Shown here piece after piece: positions 26,439 through 36,184 of a DNA stretch of 54,732 nucleotides. The stretch lies in contig JBQMQE010000004.1 in assembly GCA_052172655.1 (NCBI GenBank), positions 1 to 54,732 on the forward strand. The letters run 5' to 3'. Source of the DNA: Burkholderiales bacterium. Lineage in GTDB: Bacteria > Pseudomonadota > Gammaproteobacteria > Burkholderiales > SG8-39. A model generated the notes under the pieces. It was not told the origin of the DNA. It searched no databases and was given only the letters and a program-made list of their open reading frames with translations. The position numbers were made by a program, and so were the translations under genes. Within the stretch, counting starts at the first letter, position 1. Each line of letters starts with the position of its first letter.

Positions 26439-27254
26439 ATGCAAAGCGGGAAGCTGGAACAGGACGACGCACCAGCGGCGCAGGTGGTGCTTTATAGCGT
26501 CGATTCGGGGATAGCGCGCATTACGCTGAACCGCCCCGAGCGGCGCAATGCATTGTCGATCGCGGCGGCCGAGCGCCTGTATCAGATCTGGGGTGAAATC
26601 GACGCCGACGACAGCGTGCGCGTCGCTGTGCTCACCGCGGCGGACTGCGGCACTTTCTGTGCCGGCATGGATCTGAAGGAAGCGGCCGAAATCAAGCGCG
26701 TGCGCAACTGCGACATCCTCGATCTGCTCACCGATCCGTTCTACGAGCGCATGCGCTCGGTCAGGAAACCGATCATTGCCGCCATGACCGGCCATTTCGC
26801 CGCAGGCGGCATGGTGCTCTCGCTCAATTCGGATTTGCGCGTCGGCCTGGCGGGGACCAAGGGCGGCATTACCGAAGCCCGAATGGGGCGCGGTTCGCCT
26901 TGGGCGGTGCCGATGTTGTGGATGCTGCCCCAGCCGATACTGATGGAGATGACACTTACCGGCGAGATGGTCGAAATCGAACGGCTGCATGCACTCGGCT
27001 TCGTCAACTACGTCGAGCCTACGCCGGACGCCGTGCGCCAGCGCGCTTACCAGTTGGCGGCGCGCATAGGCGACAACGCGCCGCTGACGGTGCAGGCGGG
27101 CAAGGCGAGCCTCCTCGCCGCCATGAGTCTGGGCTGCGAACGCGGATTTGCCCGGGCAAGGGAAATTTACAAACCGGTCTATGCCAGTGAAGATGCGCAA
27201 GAGGGGCCGCGCGCTTTTGCCGAGAAGCGCCCGCCACGCTGGCGCGGACGCTGA
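26439..27254 (+). CDS. Enoyl-CoA hydratase/isomerase (crotonase) family, single-Glu type
   Basis: LNRPERRNAL, FCAGMDL, EGPRAFAEKR; AGGMVL instead of GGGxE. Confidence 0.9.
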   Translation: MQSGKLEQDDAPAAQVVLYSVDSGIARITLNRPERRNALSIAAAERLYQIWGEIDADDSVRVAVLTAADCGTFCAGMDLKEAAEIKRVRNCDILDLLTDPFYERMRSVRKPIIAAMTGHFAAGGMVLSLNSDLRVGLAGTKGGITEARMGRGSPWAVPMLWMLPQPILMEMTLTGEMVEIERLHALGFVNYVEPTPDAVRQRAYQLAARIGDNAPLTVQAGKASLLAAMSLGCERGFARAREIYKPVYASEDAQEGPRAFAEKRPPRWRGR

Positions 27255-27394
27255 CATAATCGCAGGGCGGGAAAATTGAAGGATTTTGGCTGCCGTTCAC
27301 ACAATTGTCGCAACGGCTTGTCGTTGCGGAGCGCAGCCGCGTGCGCCGCAATTGCACCGGGCGAGGAGCGACATCGACGGCAAGGAGAGCATTG

Positions 27395-28564
27395 ATGCAG
27401 CAGCCGCAGGTGTTTTACGCCGCGGACGCGATGCTCGACAGCGAGCACCTGCAGTTCCGCAGTGCATTTCGCCGCTTTGTCGAGGAGCGGCTCGCCCCGC
27501 TCGCGGCGCAGGGCGAGAAGGAAAAGCGCTTTCCCCTTGAAATCTATACCGCCTTGCGCGACGGGGGCTACCTGGCGCCGGATTGCCCGGAAGAAATCGG
27601 CGGCGGTGGCGGGGATATCCTTATCGGCTGCGTGTATTACGAAGAGTTGACGCGCATTCCGGCGGGCGTTTCGGCCGGCGTTTTTGCGCACCAGCATCTG
27701 GCGCTGAAGCCGCTGCTCGCCCTCGGAAGCGAGGCGCAACAGCGCGAGTATCTCCTGCCCGGCGTGCGCGCCGAGCGCATCGGCGCATTCGCATTGACCG
27801 AACCCGATGCCGGCAGCGACATCATGGGCATACGCACGCGCGCCCGCCGCGACGGGGAGGATTGGATCCTTTCCGGCAGCAAGGTCTACATCACCAATGG
27901 AACCATTGCGGATTATTACTTGCTTGCGGCGCGGACCGCGCCGGGGCGGCGGCCGGACGCGCTTTCGCTTTTCATCGTCGATGCGCGCAGCCGCGGGCTC
28001 GCTGCCAGCGCGCTCGACAAGCTGGGTAATCATTCTTCGTCCACGGCGCTCGTCTCCCTGGATGACGTGCGCGTAGGGCCGGGGCAGTTGCTGGGCAAGG
28101 TGGGCGGCGGGCTGGGACAGCTCAAGGCGACGCTTTCTTCCGGGCGGATATTGCAGGCCACGCGCGGTTTGGGGATAGCGCAGATCGCACTGGAAAAATC
28201 CCTGGACTACGCCGGGCAACGAAAAGCCTTCGAGCGGCCGATAGGGGAATTCCAGGGGGTGGCGTTCAAGGTCGCCGAAATGGCGGCGAGGATCGAGGCG
28301 GCGCGCCTGATGATCTACAGCGCGGCGCGCGCCCATATCGCCGGCAAGGAGGTCTCGATCGGCGCATCCATGGGGAAATTCCTGGCGGCCGATGCGGTGC
28401 AGTATGCGGTGCTGAACGCGGTGACCTTGCACGGCGGCTACGGTTACATGGAGGAGAGCGGCTTGCCGCGGCTATACCGGGATGCGCCCGAGTCGTATAT
28501 CGGAGAAGGCACGCCGGAGATACAACTGCGCATCATCGCCCGGGCGATGGGGATGAAATGCTGA
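27395..28564 (+). CDS. Acyl-CoA dehydrogenase
   Basis: FALTEPDAGSD, GSKVYITNG, HGGYGYM, IGEGTPEIQ. Confidence 0.93.
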   Translation: MQQPQVFYAADAMLDSEHLQFRSAFRRFVEERLAPLAAQGEKEKRFPLEIYTALRDGGYLAPDCPEEIGGGGGDILIGCVYYEELTRIPAGVSAGVFAHQHLALKPLLALGSEAQQREYLLPGVRAERIGAFALTEPDAGSDIMGIRTRARRDGEDWILSGSKVYITNGTIADYYLLAARTAPGRRPDALSLFIVDARSRGLAASALDKLGNHSSSTALVSLDDVRVGPGQLLGKVGGGLGQLKATLSSGRILQATRGLGIAQIALEKSLDYAGQRKAFERPIGEFQGVAFKVAEMAARIEAARLMIYSAARAHIAGKEVSIGASMGKFLAADAVQYAVLNAVTLHGGYGYMEESGLPRLYRDAPESYIGEGTPEIQLRIIARAMGMKC

Positions 28565-28643
28565 AGCTGGCCGAATCTGCCCGGGCTGCGGCAGCCGGCC
28601 GGCTCAGTCCGGTCACGCGGCGCGCGGATCAACAGGGGGAAAT

Positions 28644-29009
28644 GTGATCGAGCTCACTTACTGCATGCATCGTCTGCCGCAACTGACGCATCGGGAATTC
28701 GTGGATTACTGGCACGACCGGCACGCGCCCTTGATGCGCCGGCACCAGAGTATCCTGCGCGTAAGACGCTACGTGCAACTGTGCGCGGCGCAAAGCGACC
28801 TCAATCTGCGGGTGGCGCGGTTTCGCGGCGGCCCTCCGGCGTTTGACGGCATTGCGGAAGTCTGGTACGACAGTTGGGAAGAGTTTTCTGCGGCGGCCGG
28901 CGACCCGGCGGCGCAGGCGGCAACGAGCGAATTGCTGCAGGACGAACGGCGTTTCATCGATCTCGCCCGGTCTCCGGTCTGGATCAACGAAATCCGCGAA
29001 ATCTTCTGA
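28644..29009 (+). CDS. EthD domain protein
   Basis: EFVDYWHDRHAPL, FDGIAEVW, DERRFID. Confidence 0.88.
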   Translation: MIELTYCMHRLPQLTHREFVDYWHDRHAPLMRRHQSILRVRRYVQLCAAQSDLNLRVARFRGGPPAFDGIAEVWYDSWEEFSAAAGDPAAQAATSELLQDERRFIDLARSPVWINEIREIF

Positions 29010-29044
29010 GACGTGCACCATCCGATCCGGACGAGGAGAAAGAA

Positions 29045-29791
29045 GTGGCGAAAGTGATGATCGTGACGGGCGCAAGCCGCGGCATCGGTGCTGCCATTGC
29101 GCGACTCGCGGCGCAGCGTGACTATGCTGTATGCATCAACTATGCGCGCAACCGCGCAGCCGCGGATGCGGTCGCGCAAACGATCGCCGCAGCGGGCGGG
29201 AAGGCGATCACCGTGCAAGCCGACGTGGCACGACAGGCACAAGCGGCCAGGCTGTTTGAGGAAGTCGACCGGCAACTGGGGCCGGTCGATGTGCTGATGA
29301 ACAACGCCGGAATCATCGGCGATCATTTCACCATCGACCAAACGGACGAGGCGGCGCTGCAGCGTATATTCGCGACCAATACCTTCAGTTGTTTCTTCTG
29401 CGCGGGCGAGGCGATAAAACGCATGTCGACGCGGCACGGCGGGAAAGGCGGCGCCATTGTGAACATCTCATCGGTTGCAGCGCGCCATGGCGGCTTGCCG
29501 AATGAAATTGCGTACGCCGCGAGCAAGGGCGCGGTCGACAGCTTTACCTTTGGCTTGGCGAAGGAGGTTGCGCGCGAGGGGATACGCGTCAACGCCGTGC
29601 GCCCCGGGCTGATCGCCACCGACATGCATGATGCGCACGGCGGCAGCGCGATGTTGGCCTCCCTCGGACCGACGGTTCCCCTGGGACGCGCAGGTAGTGC
29701 CGAAGAGGTGGCCGAGGCGGCCCTGTGGCTGGCATCGCCTGCGGCGTCGTACGTGCATGGTACCGTGGTCGATGTGTCCGGCGGCCGCTAG
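29045..29791 (+). CDS. SDR oxidoreductase (YgfF-like)
   Basis: TGASRGIG, NNAG, MSTRHGGKGG, YAASK, DVSGGR; GTG start with GAGGAG RBS. Confidence 0.9.
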   Translation: MAKVMIVTGASRGIGAAIARLAAQRDYAVCINYARNRAAADAVAQTIAAAGGKAITVQADVARQAQAARLFEEVDRQLGPVDVLMNNAGIIGDHFTIDQTDEAALQRIFATNTFSCFFCAGEAIKRMSTRHGGKGGAIVNISSVAARHGGLPNEIAYAASKGAVDSFTFGLAKEVAREGIRVNAVRPGLIATDMHDAHGGSAMLASLGPTVPLGRAGSAEEVAEAALWLASPAASYVHGTVVDVSGGR

Positions 29792-29859
29792 CATGGGAAA
29801 CGAAATTATCGATCCGATCGCGACGGCAACTCACCGCGCCGGTCGCGGAGTATTCTGAA

Positions 29860-30918
29860 ATGGCTAGCAAGCAGGCGCTGGTGGTCGGGGCTTCGGGGCT
29901 TCTCGGCACCAATTTCCATCAATATCTGGAAGCGCTCGGCGATTGGGAGGTGGTCACGCTATCGCGCAAGCCGCTCGGCGCAAGCGGCGCCGCGCGCCAT
30001 CTTGCCTTGGATCTGCAGGAGCGCAGCGCATGCGCGCAAGCGGTCGCTGCGCTCGCCGCCGTTACGCACGTGTTCTATCTTTCCCGCGTGGTCGAGCCGG
30101 ATTCGGACTATGTGATCAAGGTCGATCCCAACGTGGATATGCTCAAGAATCTGATCGATTATCTCGATCCCGTCGCGAAGCGGCTGGAGCACGTCCAGTT
30201 GATGCACGGCACCAAATGGTACGGGTCGCATCTGGGCCCGTTCAAAGTGCCGGCGAAAGAGAGCCACCCGAGGCCGAATCAGGCGCTCTATTATTATGGC
30301 CAGCACGATTACCTTGCGCAAAAACAGCAGGGCCGGCGCTGGACTTGGTCGACCTTGCGCCCGCACTTCATCAATGGCGTCGCCGTGGGCAGTCCGAGCA
30401 ATCTGCTTTCGGCGATCGGGGCTTACGCGGCAATCCGGCGGGAACTCGGCCTGCCTTTCTCCTTTCCGGGTTCAGAACGCGCCTTCGACGCGCTTCTGAT
30501 GTACGCCGACGTCAAGCTGGTTTCCAAAGCGATGGTATGGGCCGCGATCGAGCCGCGTTGCGCCCTGCAGGACTTCAACATTGCAAACGGCGACTATTTT
30601 CGCTGGCACGACGTGTGGGACGGGCTGGCGGCGCACTTCGGTATGGCGTCAGACACGGGCGGGCCCCTTAGCCTGAAGAAATTCATGAGCGACAAGGCGC
30701 CAGTGTGGGATCGCCTGGTAGCCAAGCATGGTTTGCGACCGACCGCGTTCGGCCAGATTGCCGACTGGGCGTTTGCCGACTCCGTGTTCAGGATCGAGTG
30801 GGACCAGGCGCTGTCGGTGGTGAAATCGCATCAATTCGGTTTCGGCGAGATGGTCGATTCCGAACAAATGCTGCTGGATATCCTGTCCGAATATCGCAGA
30901 CTGCGGATACTCCCCTGA
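29860..30918 (+). CDS. PRISE-like SDR (progesterone 5-beta-reductase/iridoid synthase family)
   Basis: ALVVGASGLLG, GTKWYG.HLGP, YYxQ, WTWSTLRP, FPG, FNIANGDYFRW. Confidence 0.85.
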   Translation: MASKQALVVGASGLLGTNFHQYLEALGDWEVVTLSRKPLGASGAARHLALDLQERSACAQAVAALAAVTHVFYLSRVVEPDSDYVIKVDPNVDMLKNLIDYLDPVAKRLEHVQLMHGTKWYGSHLGPFKVPAKESHPRPNQALYYYGQHDYLAQKQQGRRWTWSTLRPHFINGVAVGSPSNLLSAIGAYAAIRRELGLPFSFPGSERAFDALLMYADVKLVSKAMVWAAIEPRCALQDFNIANGDYFRWHDVWDGLAAHFGMASDTGGPLSLKKFMSDKAPVWDRLVAKHGLRPTAFGQIADWAFADSVFRIEWDQALSVVKSHQFGFGEMVDSEQMLLDILSEYRRLRILP

Positions 30919-31088
30919 ACGTGAAGCCGGGGACGGGACAATGATCACGCATAAGCTTGATGGCGCGCGGGCCCCCTCGCGCGCAGAATCGGGGCAGCGC
31001 CGCTCGGCTGCAGGCGAGGCAGAAATTACAGCTTGAAACCAATGCAATTCTGTCTTGACGGATGTATTCACAATTGAGGAGGGCTGTC

Positions 31089-32258
31089 ATGAAAGTTACG
31101 ATGAAAAGCACGTTGTTCGCGTTGTTATCGGTGATCGGTTTCACCTGGGCGGCAGCGGTTGCGGCGCAGACCGATACCTTGAAGATCGGGGTGGTGAGCG
31201 CCCTGTCGGGACCGGGTTCAGAATGGGGTCTCGCTCAGGACGGCGCCGCCAAGATTGTGGCAATGGAAGTCAACGCAAAGGGCGGCCTCAAGGTCGGCAA
31301 CAAGACCTACAAGATCGAGGTAATCTCTTACGACGACCAATACAAGGCCGCACTTGCAGTTTCGGCCGTGACGCGCCTGATCGAACAGGACAAGGTCAAG
31401 TTGGTTGTGGGGCCGATGGGGTCGGCCTCGACGGTGGCAGTGAAGCCGCTTTACGAAAATAACAAGATTCTTGCGATCATCGGCGCCTATACCGAAAAGG
31501 TGTTCGATAAGGACACCAAGTATATGTTTCGCCTGTTCCCGACAACGATAGAGTATGGCACTCAGATAGTGGGGTGGTTGAAGAAGAACCGGCCTGGCTT
31601 GAAAACGGTAGCCGAACTCGAAGCGAACGACGAAACGGGCTGGGCTTCACAAAGGCTGTTGAAAGGGTATTACGAGAATGAGGGGTACAAGTTCGTTGCC
31701 TCGGAATTGTTCGAGCGCAACACCAAGGACTTTCAGCCTCTGCTGACGAGGATACTCGCGACCAAGCCCGATATTATCGAACTGGGATCGATTCCGTCGG
31801 CCACGGCAGGCCTGGTTGCGCGGCAGGCGCGCGAACTCGGCTTCAAGGGCCAGTTTGTCAAGATCGGCGGGCCGGGGGTGCCGCAGTTTGTCGCGGCTGC
31901 CGGAAAGGAGGCTGCCGAAGGCGTGATCGGCTATACCGCCGCGGACGTGACCAAGAAGTACTACAAGGATCTCGAGGCCAAGTATGCCCAGGTTCTCAAG
32001 CCGCCGATGGGCGAGTTCGTAGTGTACTTCTACGACGGTGTCAACATGCTCATGAATGCGATCCAGAAAGCCGGTACGGTAAGTGACACGGATAAGATCG
32101 CGGCAGCTCTGGAGAAGGAGACGCCGTACCAGGGCGTCCAGGGAGCGATACGCTGGGGCGGCATGAAGCAGTATGGTGTCAACCATCAGATCCTGACCCC
32201 GACATTTATCGGGATGATCAAGGACGGCAAGCAGGATATCGTCGGGCGCATGGACTAG
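31089..32258 (+). CDS. ABC transporter substrate-binding protein, LivK-like (copy 1)
   Basis: Signal peptide ending AVAA, KIGVVSALSG, YDDQY. Confidence 0.92.
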   Translation: MKVTMKSTLFALLSVIGFTWAAAVAAQTDTLKIGVVSALSGPGSEWGLAQDGAAKIVAMEVNAKGGLKVGNKTYKIEVISYDDQYKAALAVSAVTRLIEQDKVKLVVGPMGSASTVAVKPLYENNKILAIIGAYTEKVFDKDTKYMFRLFPTTIEYGTQIVGWLKKNRPGLKTVAELEANDETGWASQRLLKGYYENEGYKFVASELFERNTKDFQPLLTRILATKPDIIELGSIPSATAGLVARQARELGFKGQFVKIGGPGVPQFVAAAGKEAAEGVIGYTAADVTKKYYKDLEAKYAQVLKPPMGEFVVYFYDGVNMLMNAIQKAGTVSDTDKIAAALEKETPYQGVQGAIRWGGMKQYGVNHQILTPTFIGMIKDGKQDIVGRMD

Positions 32259-32376
32259 AGGGCGCATCCGCCGGGTTTCTTTCGCTCCCGGCGGACGACC
32301 TTTTGGAACAAACGCGAATTGCAGCTTGAACCTTGTAATTCTGTCTTGACCGATTTTTCCACTTTGGAGGAAGAAA

Positions 32377-33549
32377 ATGACAAAGGCTAGGATGAAGAGA
32401 ACGTTGGTCGTGCTGTCGTCGGTGATCGGTTTCGTCTGGGCGGCGGCGGTTGCGGCGCAGACCGATACCTTGAAGGTCGGGGTGGTGAGCGCGCTGTCGG
32501 GTCCCGGTTCAGAGTGGGGTCTGGCGCAGGATGGAGGCATCAAGATCGCGGCGATGGAAGCCAATGCAAAAGGCGGTCTCAAGGTTGGCAACAAGACCTA
32601 CAAGATCGAGGTGATCTCCTACGATGACCAGTACAAGGCGGCGCTTGCGGTCTCGGGCGTAACACGCCTGATCGAGCAGGACAAGGTCAAGTTTGCCGTG
32701 GGGCCGGTAGGCTCGGCCTCGACGGTGGCGGTGAAGCCACTATATGAAAAGAACAAGATCGTGGCGATCATCGGCGCCTATACCGAGAAGGCGCTCGACA
32801 AAGACACCAAATACTCATATCGGGGGTTCCCGACGCAGGTGGAGTTTGTCGGTCCGATCGTGAAGTGGCTGAAGAAGAACCGGCCTGCGCTGAAGACGGT
32901 TGCGCAGCTCGATCCGAACGACGAGACCGGATGGTTCTCGCAGAAACTGTTGAAGGAGCATTACCAGGGCGCAGGCTACAAGATCGTTTCCTCGGAGCTG
33001 TTCGAGCGCAGCCTTAAGGATTTCCAGCCGGTGCTGACGCGGATACTCGCGACCAAGCCCGATATCATTGAACTGGGGACCACGCCGCCGGGGACGGCCG
33101 GCCTGGTGATGCGCCAGGCGCGCGAACTCGGCTTCAAGGGCCAGTTCGTCAAGATCGGCGGGCCGGGAGTGCCGCAGATCGTTGCCGCTGCCGGAAAGGA
33201 GTTTGCCGAGGGCCTGATCTGCTATGCCGCCGCGGACGTGACCACGAAGAACTACAAGGCGCTCGAAGTCGAGTATGCCAAGGTTCTGAAGCCGCCGATG
33301 AACGAGTTCGTCGTGTATTTCTACGACGCTGCCCGCATGCTCCTGAACGCGATCCAGGCGGCCGGGACGGTGGAGGACCCGGACAAGATCCGCGCAGCCC
33401 TGGAGAAGCAGTCCCCGTATAAAGGCGTTCAGGGAACCATACGCTGGGGCGGCATGAAGGACTATGGCGTCAACCATCAGATCCTGACCCCGATATTTAT
33501 CGGGATGATCAAGGACGGCAAGCAGGATATTATCGGCCGCATGGACTAG
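32377..33549 (+). CDS. ABC transporter substrate-binding protein, LivK-like (copy 2)
   Basis: Collinear paralogue of 31089-32258; GGAGG RBS. Confidence 0.92.
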   Translation: MTKARMKRTLVVLSSVIGFVWAAAVAAQTDTLKVGVVSALSGPGSEWGLAQDGGIKIAAMEANAKGGLKVGNKTYKIEVISYDDQYKAALAVSGVTRLIEQDKVKFAVGPVGSASTVAVKPLYEKNKIVAIIGAYTEKALDKDTKYSYRGFPTQVEFVGPIVKWLKKNRPALKTVAQLDPNDETGWFSQKLLKEHYQGAGYKIVSSELFERSLKDFQPVLTRILATKPDIIELGTTPPGTAGLVMRQARELGFKGQFVKIGGPGVPQIVAAAGKEFAEGLICYAAADVTTKNYKALEVEYAKVLKPPMNEFVVYFYDAARMLLNAIQAAGTVEDPDKIRAALEKQSPYKGVQGTIRWGGMKDYGVNHQILTPIFIGMIKDGKQDIIGRMD

Positions 33550-33612
33550 CGGGCGCGACCGCCGGGTCTATTTTCCTCCCGGCGGACGAGCTCTTCTTGG
33601 GAACGGGCGCGA

Positions 33613-34467
33613 ATGTTTCAACTCGTAATTCAGATCGTGATCAACGGCCTCACGTCGTCTCTGGTCTACATATTGATGGCCCTCGGGTTTACGCTGATCT
33701 TCGGGATTATGCGTGTGGTCAATTTCGCGCACGGCGAGCTGTACATGGTCGCAGCCTTCATCGTGTATGTTCTGGTCGGGTCTGCGGGCCTGAATTATTA
33801 TCTCGCGGTGCTCGTCGCGGCCATTGCTGTGGGTCTGTTCGGGGCTGTGCTGGAGCGTGTCCTGTTCCGGCCATTCATCGGCCGCGAACTGAACGGGATG
33901 ATCATGGCCCTTGCCATCTCGATCACGCTGCAGGCAGGGGCGTTCATTATATTCGGTACCGACGAGTATTCCATAGCGCGTCCCTTTTCGGGCGTAATCC
34001 ATCTGGGGACGGTGATGGTTCCGCGTGATCGCCTGGCGGTGGGAATGATGGCGCTCGTCATCCTGGCGGTGTTCTACCTGTTCATGCGCTATACGAAGGT
34101 GGGCCTGGCGATGCGGGCCGTAGTGCAGGACGAGGAGATCGCCTCGATCCACGGCGTGCGCCCGAAGCTCATCCATCCGCTCGCTTTCGGGATCGGGGCC
34201 ATGCTCGCCGGGTTTGCCGGCGCGCTGATGGCGCCGATATACACGATCTATCCGTATATGGGTGCGCAACCGATGCTCAAGGCGTTCATCGTGGTCATCC
34301 TTGGTGGTTTGGGCAGCGTTCCCGGCGCCGTTCTCGGCGGGATCATTCTGGGGCTGACGGAATCAGTCTTCGCGACAATGATCAGTACCACGGTCGCGAC
34401 CATGGTTTCCTTCGGCATCGTCGTTCTGATCCTGTTGGTCAAACCGACCGGCCTTCTGGGGCGATAA
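33613..34467 (+). CDS. livH: Branched-chain amino acid-type ABC permease
   Basis: GFTLIFGIMRVVNFAHG, GLAMRA, KAFIVVILGGLGS, KPTGLLG. Confidence 0.92.
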   Translation: MFQLVIQIVINGLTSSLVYILMALGFTLIFGIMRVVNFAHGELYMVAAFIVYVLVGSAGLNYYLAVLVAAIAVGLFGAVLERVLFRPFIGRELNGMIMALAISITLQAGAFIIFGTDEYSIARPFSGVIHLGTVMVPRDRLAVGMMALVILAVFYLFMRYTKVGLAMRAVVQDEEIASIHGVRPKLIHPLAFGIGAMLAGFAGALMAPIYTIYPYMGAQPMLKAFIVVILGGLGSVPGAVLGGIILGLTESVFATMISTTVATMVSFGIVVLILLVKPTGLLGR

Positions 34468-34472
34468 CACCG

Positions 34473-35411
34473 ATGAAATTCCTGCTCAAGTATCTGGCCG
34501 TGATTGCCGTTTTGGCAATGTTGCCTTTCCTGTTGCGCGCGCCGTTCCTGACGCATGTCGGCGTCATGATCGGCTTGTACACGAGTCTGGCATTGAGCAT
34601 GAACCTGATGTTGCGCATCGGCCAAATATCTTTCGCGCACGGGGCCTTCATGGGTCTTGGGGCCTACGGGTCGGCGCTGTTCATGATGCGTCTCGGCCTG
34701 CCGTTTCCTGTGGCGTTTTTCGGCGCCGCGCTGGCCGTGACGCTGCTTGCCTGGCTGGTGGGTCAGTTATTCTTAAGGATTAAAGGAGTCTATTTCGTTC
34801 TGCTGACTTTTGCATTCGGCGAGATCATCGTTCTCATGTTCATCGAATGGGTAAGCCTGTTCGGCGGGAGCAACGGCCTCGCCGGGGTGCCGCGGCCCGG
34901 CTTGTTCGGCCACGAGATCCAGAGCCGGACTGGATTCTACTTGCTCGCTCTGGCGCTGGCGGCGTTTGCCTACGCCTCCGTGCGCGCGATCTATCGCAGC
35001 GAATTGGGGGCGGTGATCACCTCGCTCGACGAGAACGAGGCACTGACGCGTTCGCTGGGAATAGACTCGCGCCAGTATCGCCTGTTGACGTTTTGCTTCA
35101 GCGCCTTCCTCGCGGGAATGTCCGGCGCGCTCTACGGCCACTACCTGACACTGGTGACGCCGGATGACTATGGATTCTGGGTGCCGGTCAACCTGGTGGT
35201 GATCAACGTGATCGGCGGGATCGCGCATCCGATCGGTTCGGTTCTCGGAGCCCTGCTTATCGTTCCGCTGCCCGAGTTCCTGCGCGATGCGAAACAATAC
35301 CAGGTGCTCTTGTACGGAGTGCTCCTGATGATCTTTCTCCTGTTCATGCCTGACGGTTTGTACGGGGTGATAAACAGACTAAGGCGCGGAAAGAAAAAGG
35401 AGGCGGGGTGA
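34473..35411 (+). CDS. livM: Branched-chain amino acid-type ABC permease
   Basis: GQISFAHGAFMGLGAY, LRIKGVYFVLLT, GGSNG, PDGL. Confidence 0.92.
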   Translation: MKFLLKYLAVIAVLAMLPFLLRAPFLTHVGVMIGLYTSLALSMNLMLRIGQISFAHGAFMGLGAYGSALFMMRLGLPFPVAFFGAALAVTLLAWLVGQLFLRIKGVYFVLLTFAFGEIIVLMFIEWVSLFGGSNGLAGVPRPGLFGHEIQSRTGFYLLALALAAFAYASVRAIYRSELGAVITSLDENEALTRSLGIDSRQYRLLTFCFSAFLAGMSGALYGHYLTLVTPDDYGFWVPVNLVVINVIGGIAHPIGSVLGALLIVPLPEFLRDAKQYQVLLYGVLLMIFLLFMPDGLYGVINRLRRGKKKEAG

Positions 35412-36184
35412 ACGAAGTGGTTCTCGAAGTGGCGGGGCTGACCAAGGCTTTCGGCGGGTTGCACGCCATCAGCGACGTCTCGTTCAGCACGTTGCGTGGG
35501 GAGATCCTCGGGGTGATCGGTCCTAACGGCTCGGGCAAAACAACGCTGTTCAACCTGATCACCGGCGTGTTTCCCGCGACCAGCGGCAGCGTGCGCTTTC
35601 GCGGCAACGCGATGAGTGGTCTGCCGACCGACGCGATTGCGCGTCGCGGGCTGGTTCGTACCTTCCAGTCCGCGACCGTATTCAAGCAGGAGTCGGTGTA
35701 TGAGAACATCCGCCGCGGCAGCATGTTCGGCTGCATCGGGAATCCAGCCTGGTTTTTCCGCAAAAGGGTCGTCGCCGCAGGGGCCGAGAAGGCCAGAGCC
35801 ACGGTCGAGGACCTTCTTGAATTTTCTGGCCTTGCGAACGTGGCGGCGACATCGGCGGGTAATTTGCCATACGGCAAGCAGAAAATGCTGGGGGTGGTCA
35901 TCGCGCTGGCGCAGCATCCGACTCAGTTGCTGATGGACGAACCGGCGGCCGGCCTCAATCCTTCGGAAACCGAGTCGATGGGGGAACTCATCGCGCAGAT
36001 CCGCTCCAAGCGCGGAATCGACGTGATCCTGGTGGAGCACGATATGAGAATGGTGACCAGCGTGTGCGACCGCATCCTCGCCTTGAACTACGGCAAGGTG
36101 ATCGCCGTCGACGTACCGGAGCAAATCGTGGCTCACCCGGAGGTGATCGAGGCGTATCTGGGAGCTGACTTTGAGCGGCCTTGA
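35408..36184 (+). CDS. livG: ABC ATP-binding protein
   Basis: GPNGSGKT, RTFQ, LPYG, MDEPAAG, EHDM, VIEAYLG. Confidence 0.93.
   Translation: MNEVVLEVAGLTKAFGGLHAISDVSFSTLRGEILGVIGPNGSGKTTLFNLITGVFPATSGSVRFRGNAMSGLPTDAIARRGLVRTFQSATVFKQESVYENIRRGSMFGCIGNPAWFFRKRVVAAGAEKARATVEDLLEFSGLANVAATSAGNLPYGKQKMLGVVIALAQHPTQLLMDEPAAGLNPSETESMGELIAQIRSKRGIDVILVEHDMRMVTSVCDRILALNYGKVIAVDVPEQIVAHPEVIEAYLGADFERP

Larger units (their letters stand above)
31024..33614 (+). repeat. Tandem duplication of a ~1.29-kb unit (leader + SBP gene + downstream hairpin)
   Basis: Leader AATT.CAGCTTGAA...AATTCTGTCTTGAC at 31024 and 32317; CCGCCGGG/CCCGGCGG hairpins at 32267-32295 and 33559-33585; paralogous CDSs. Confidence 0.85.
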
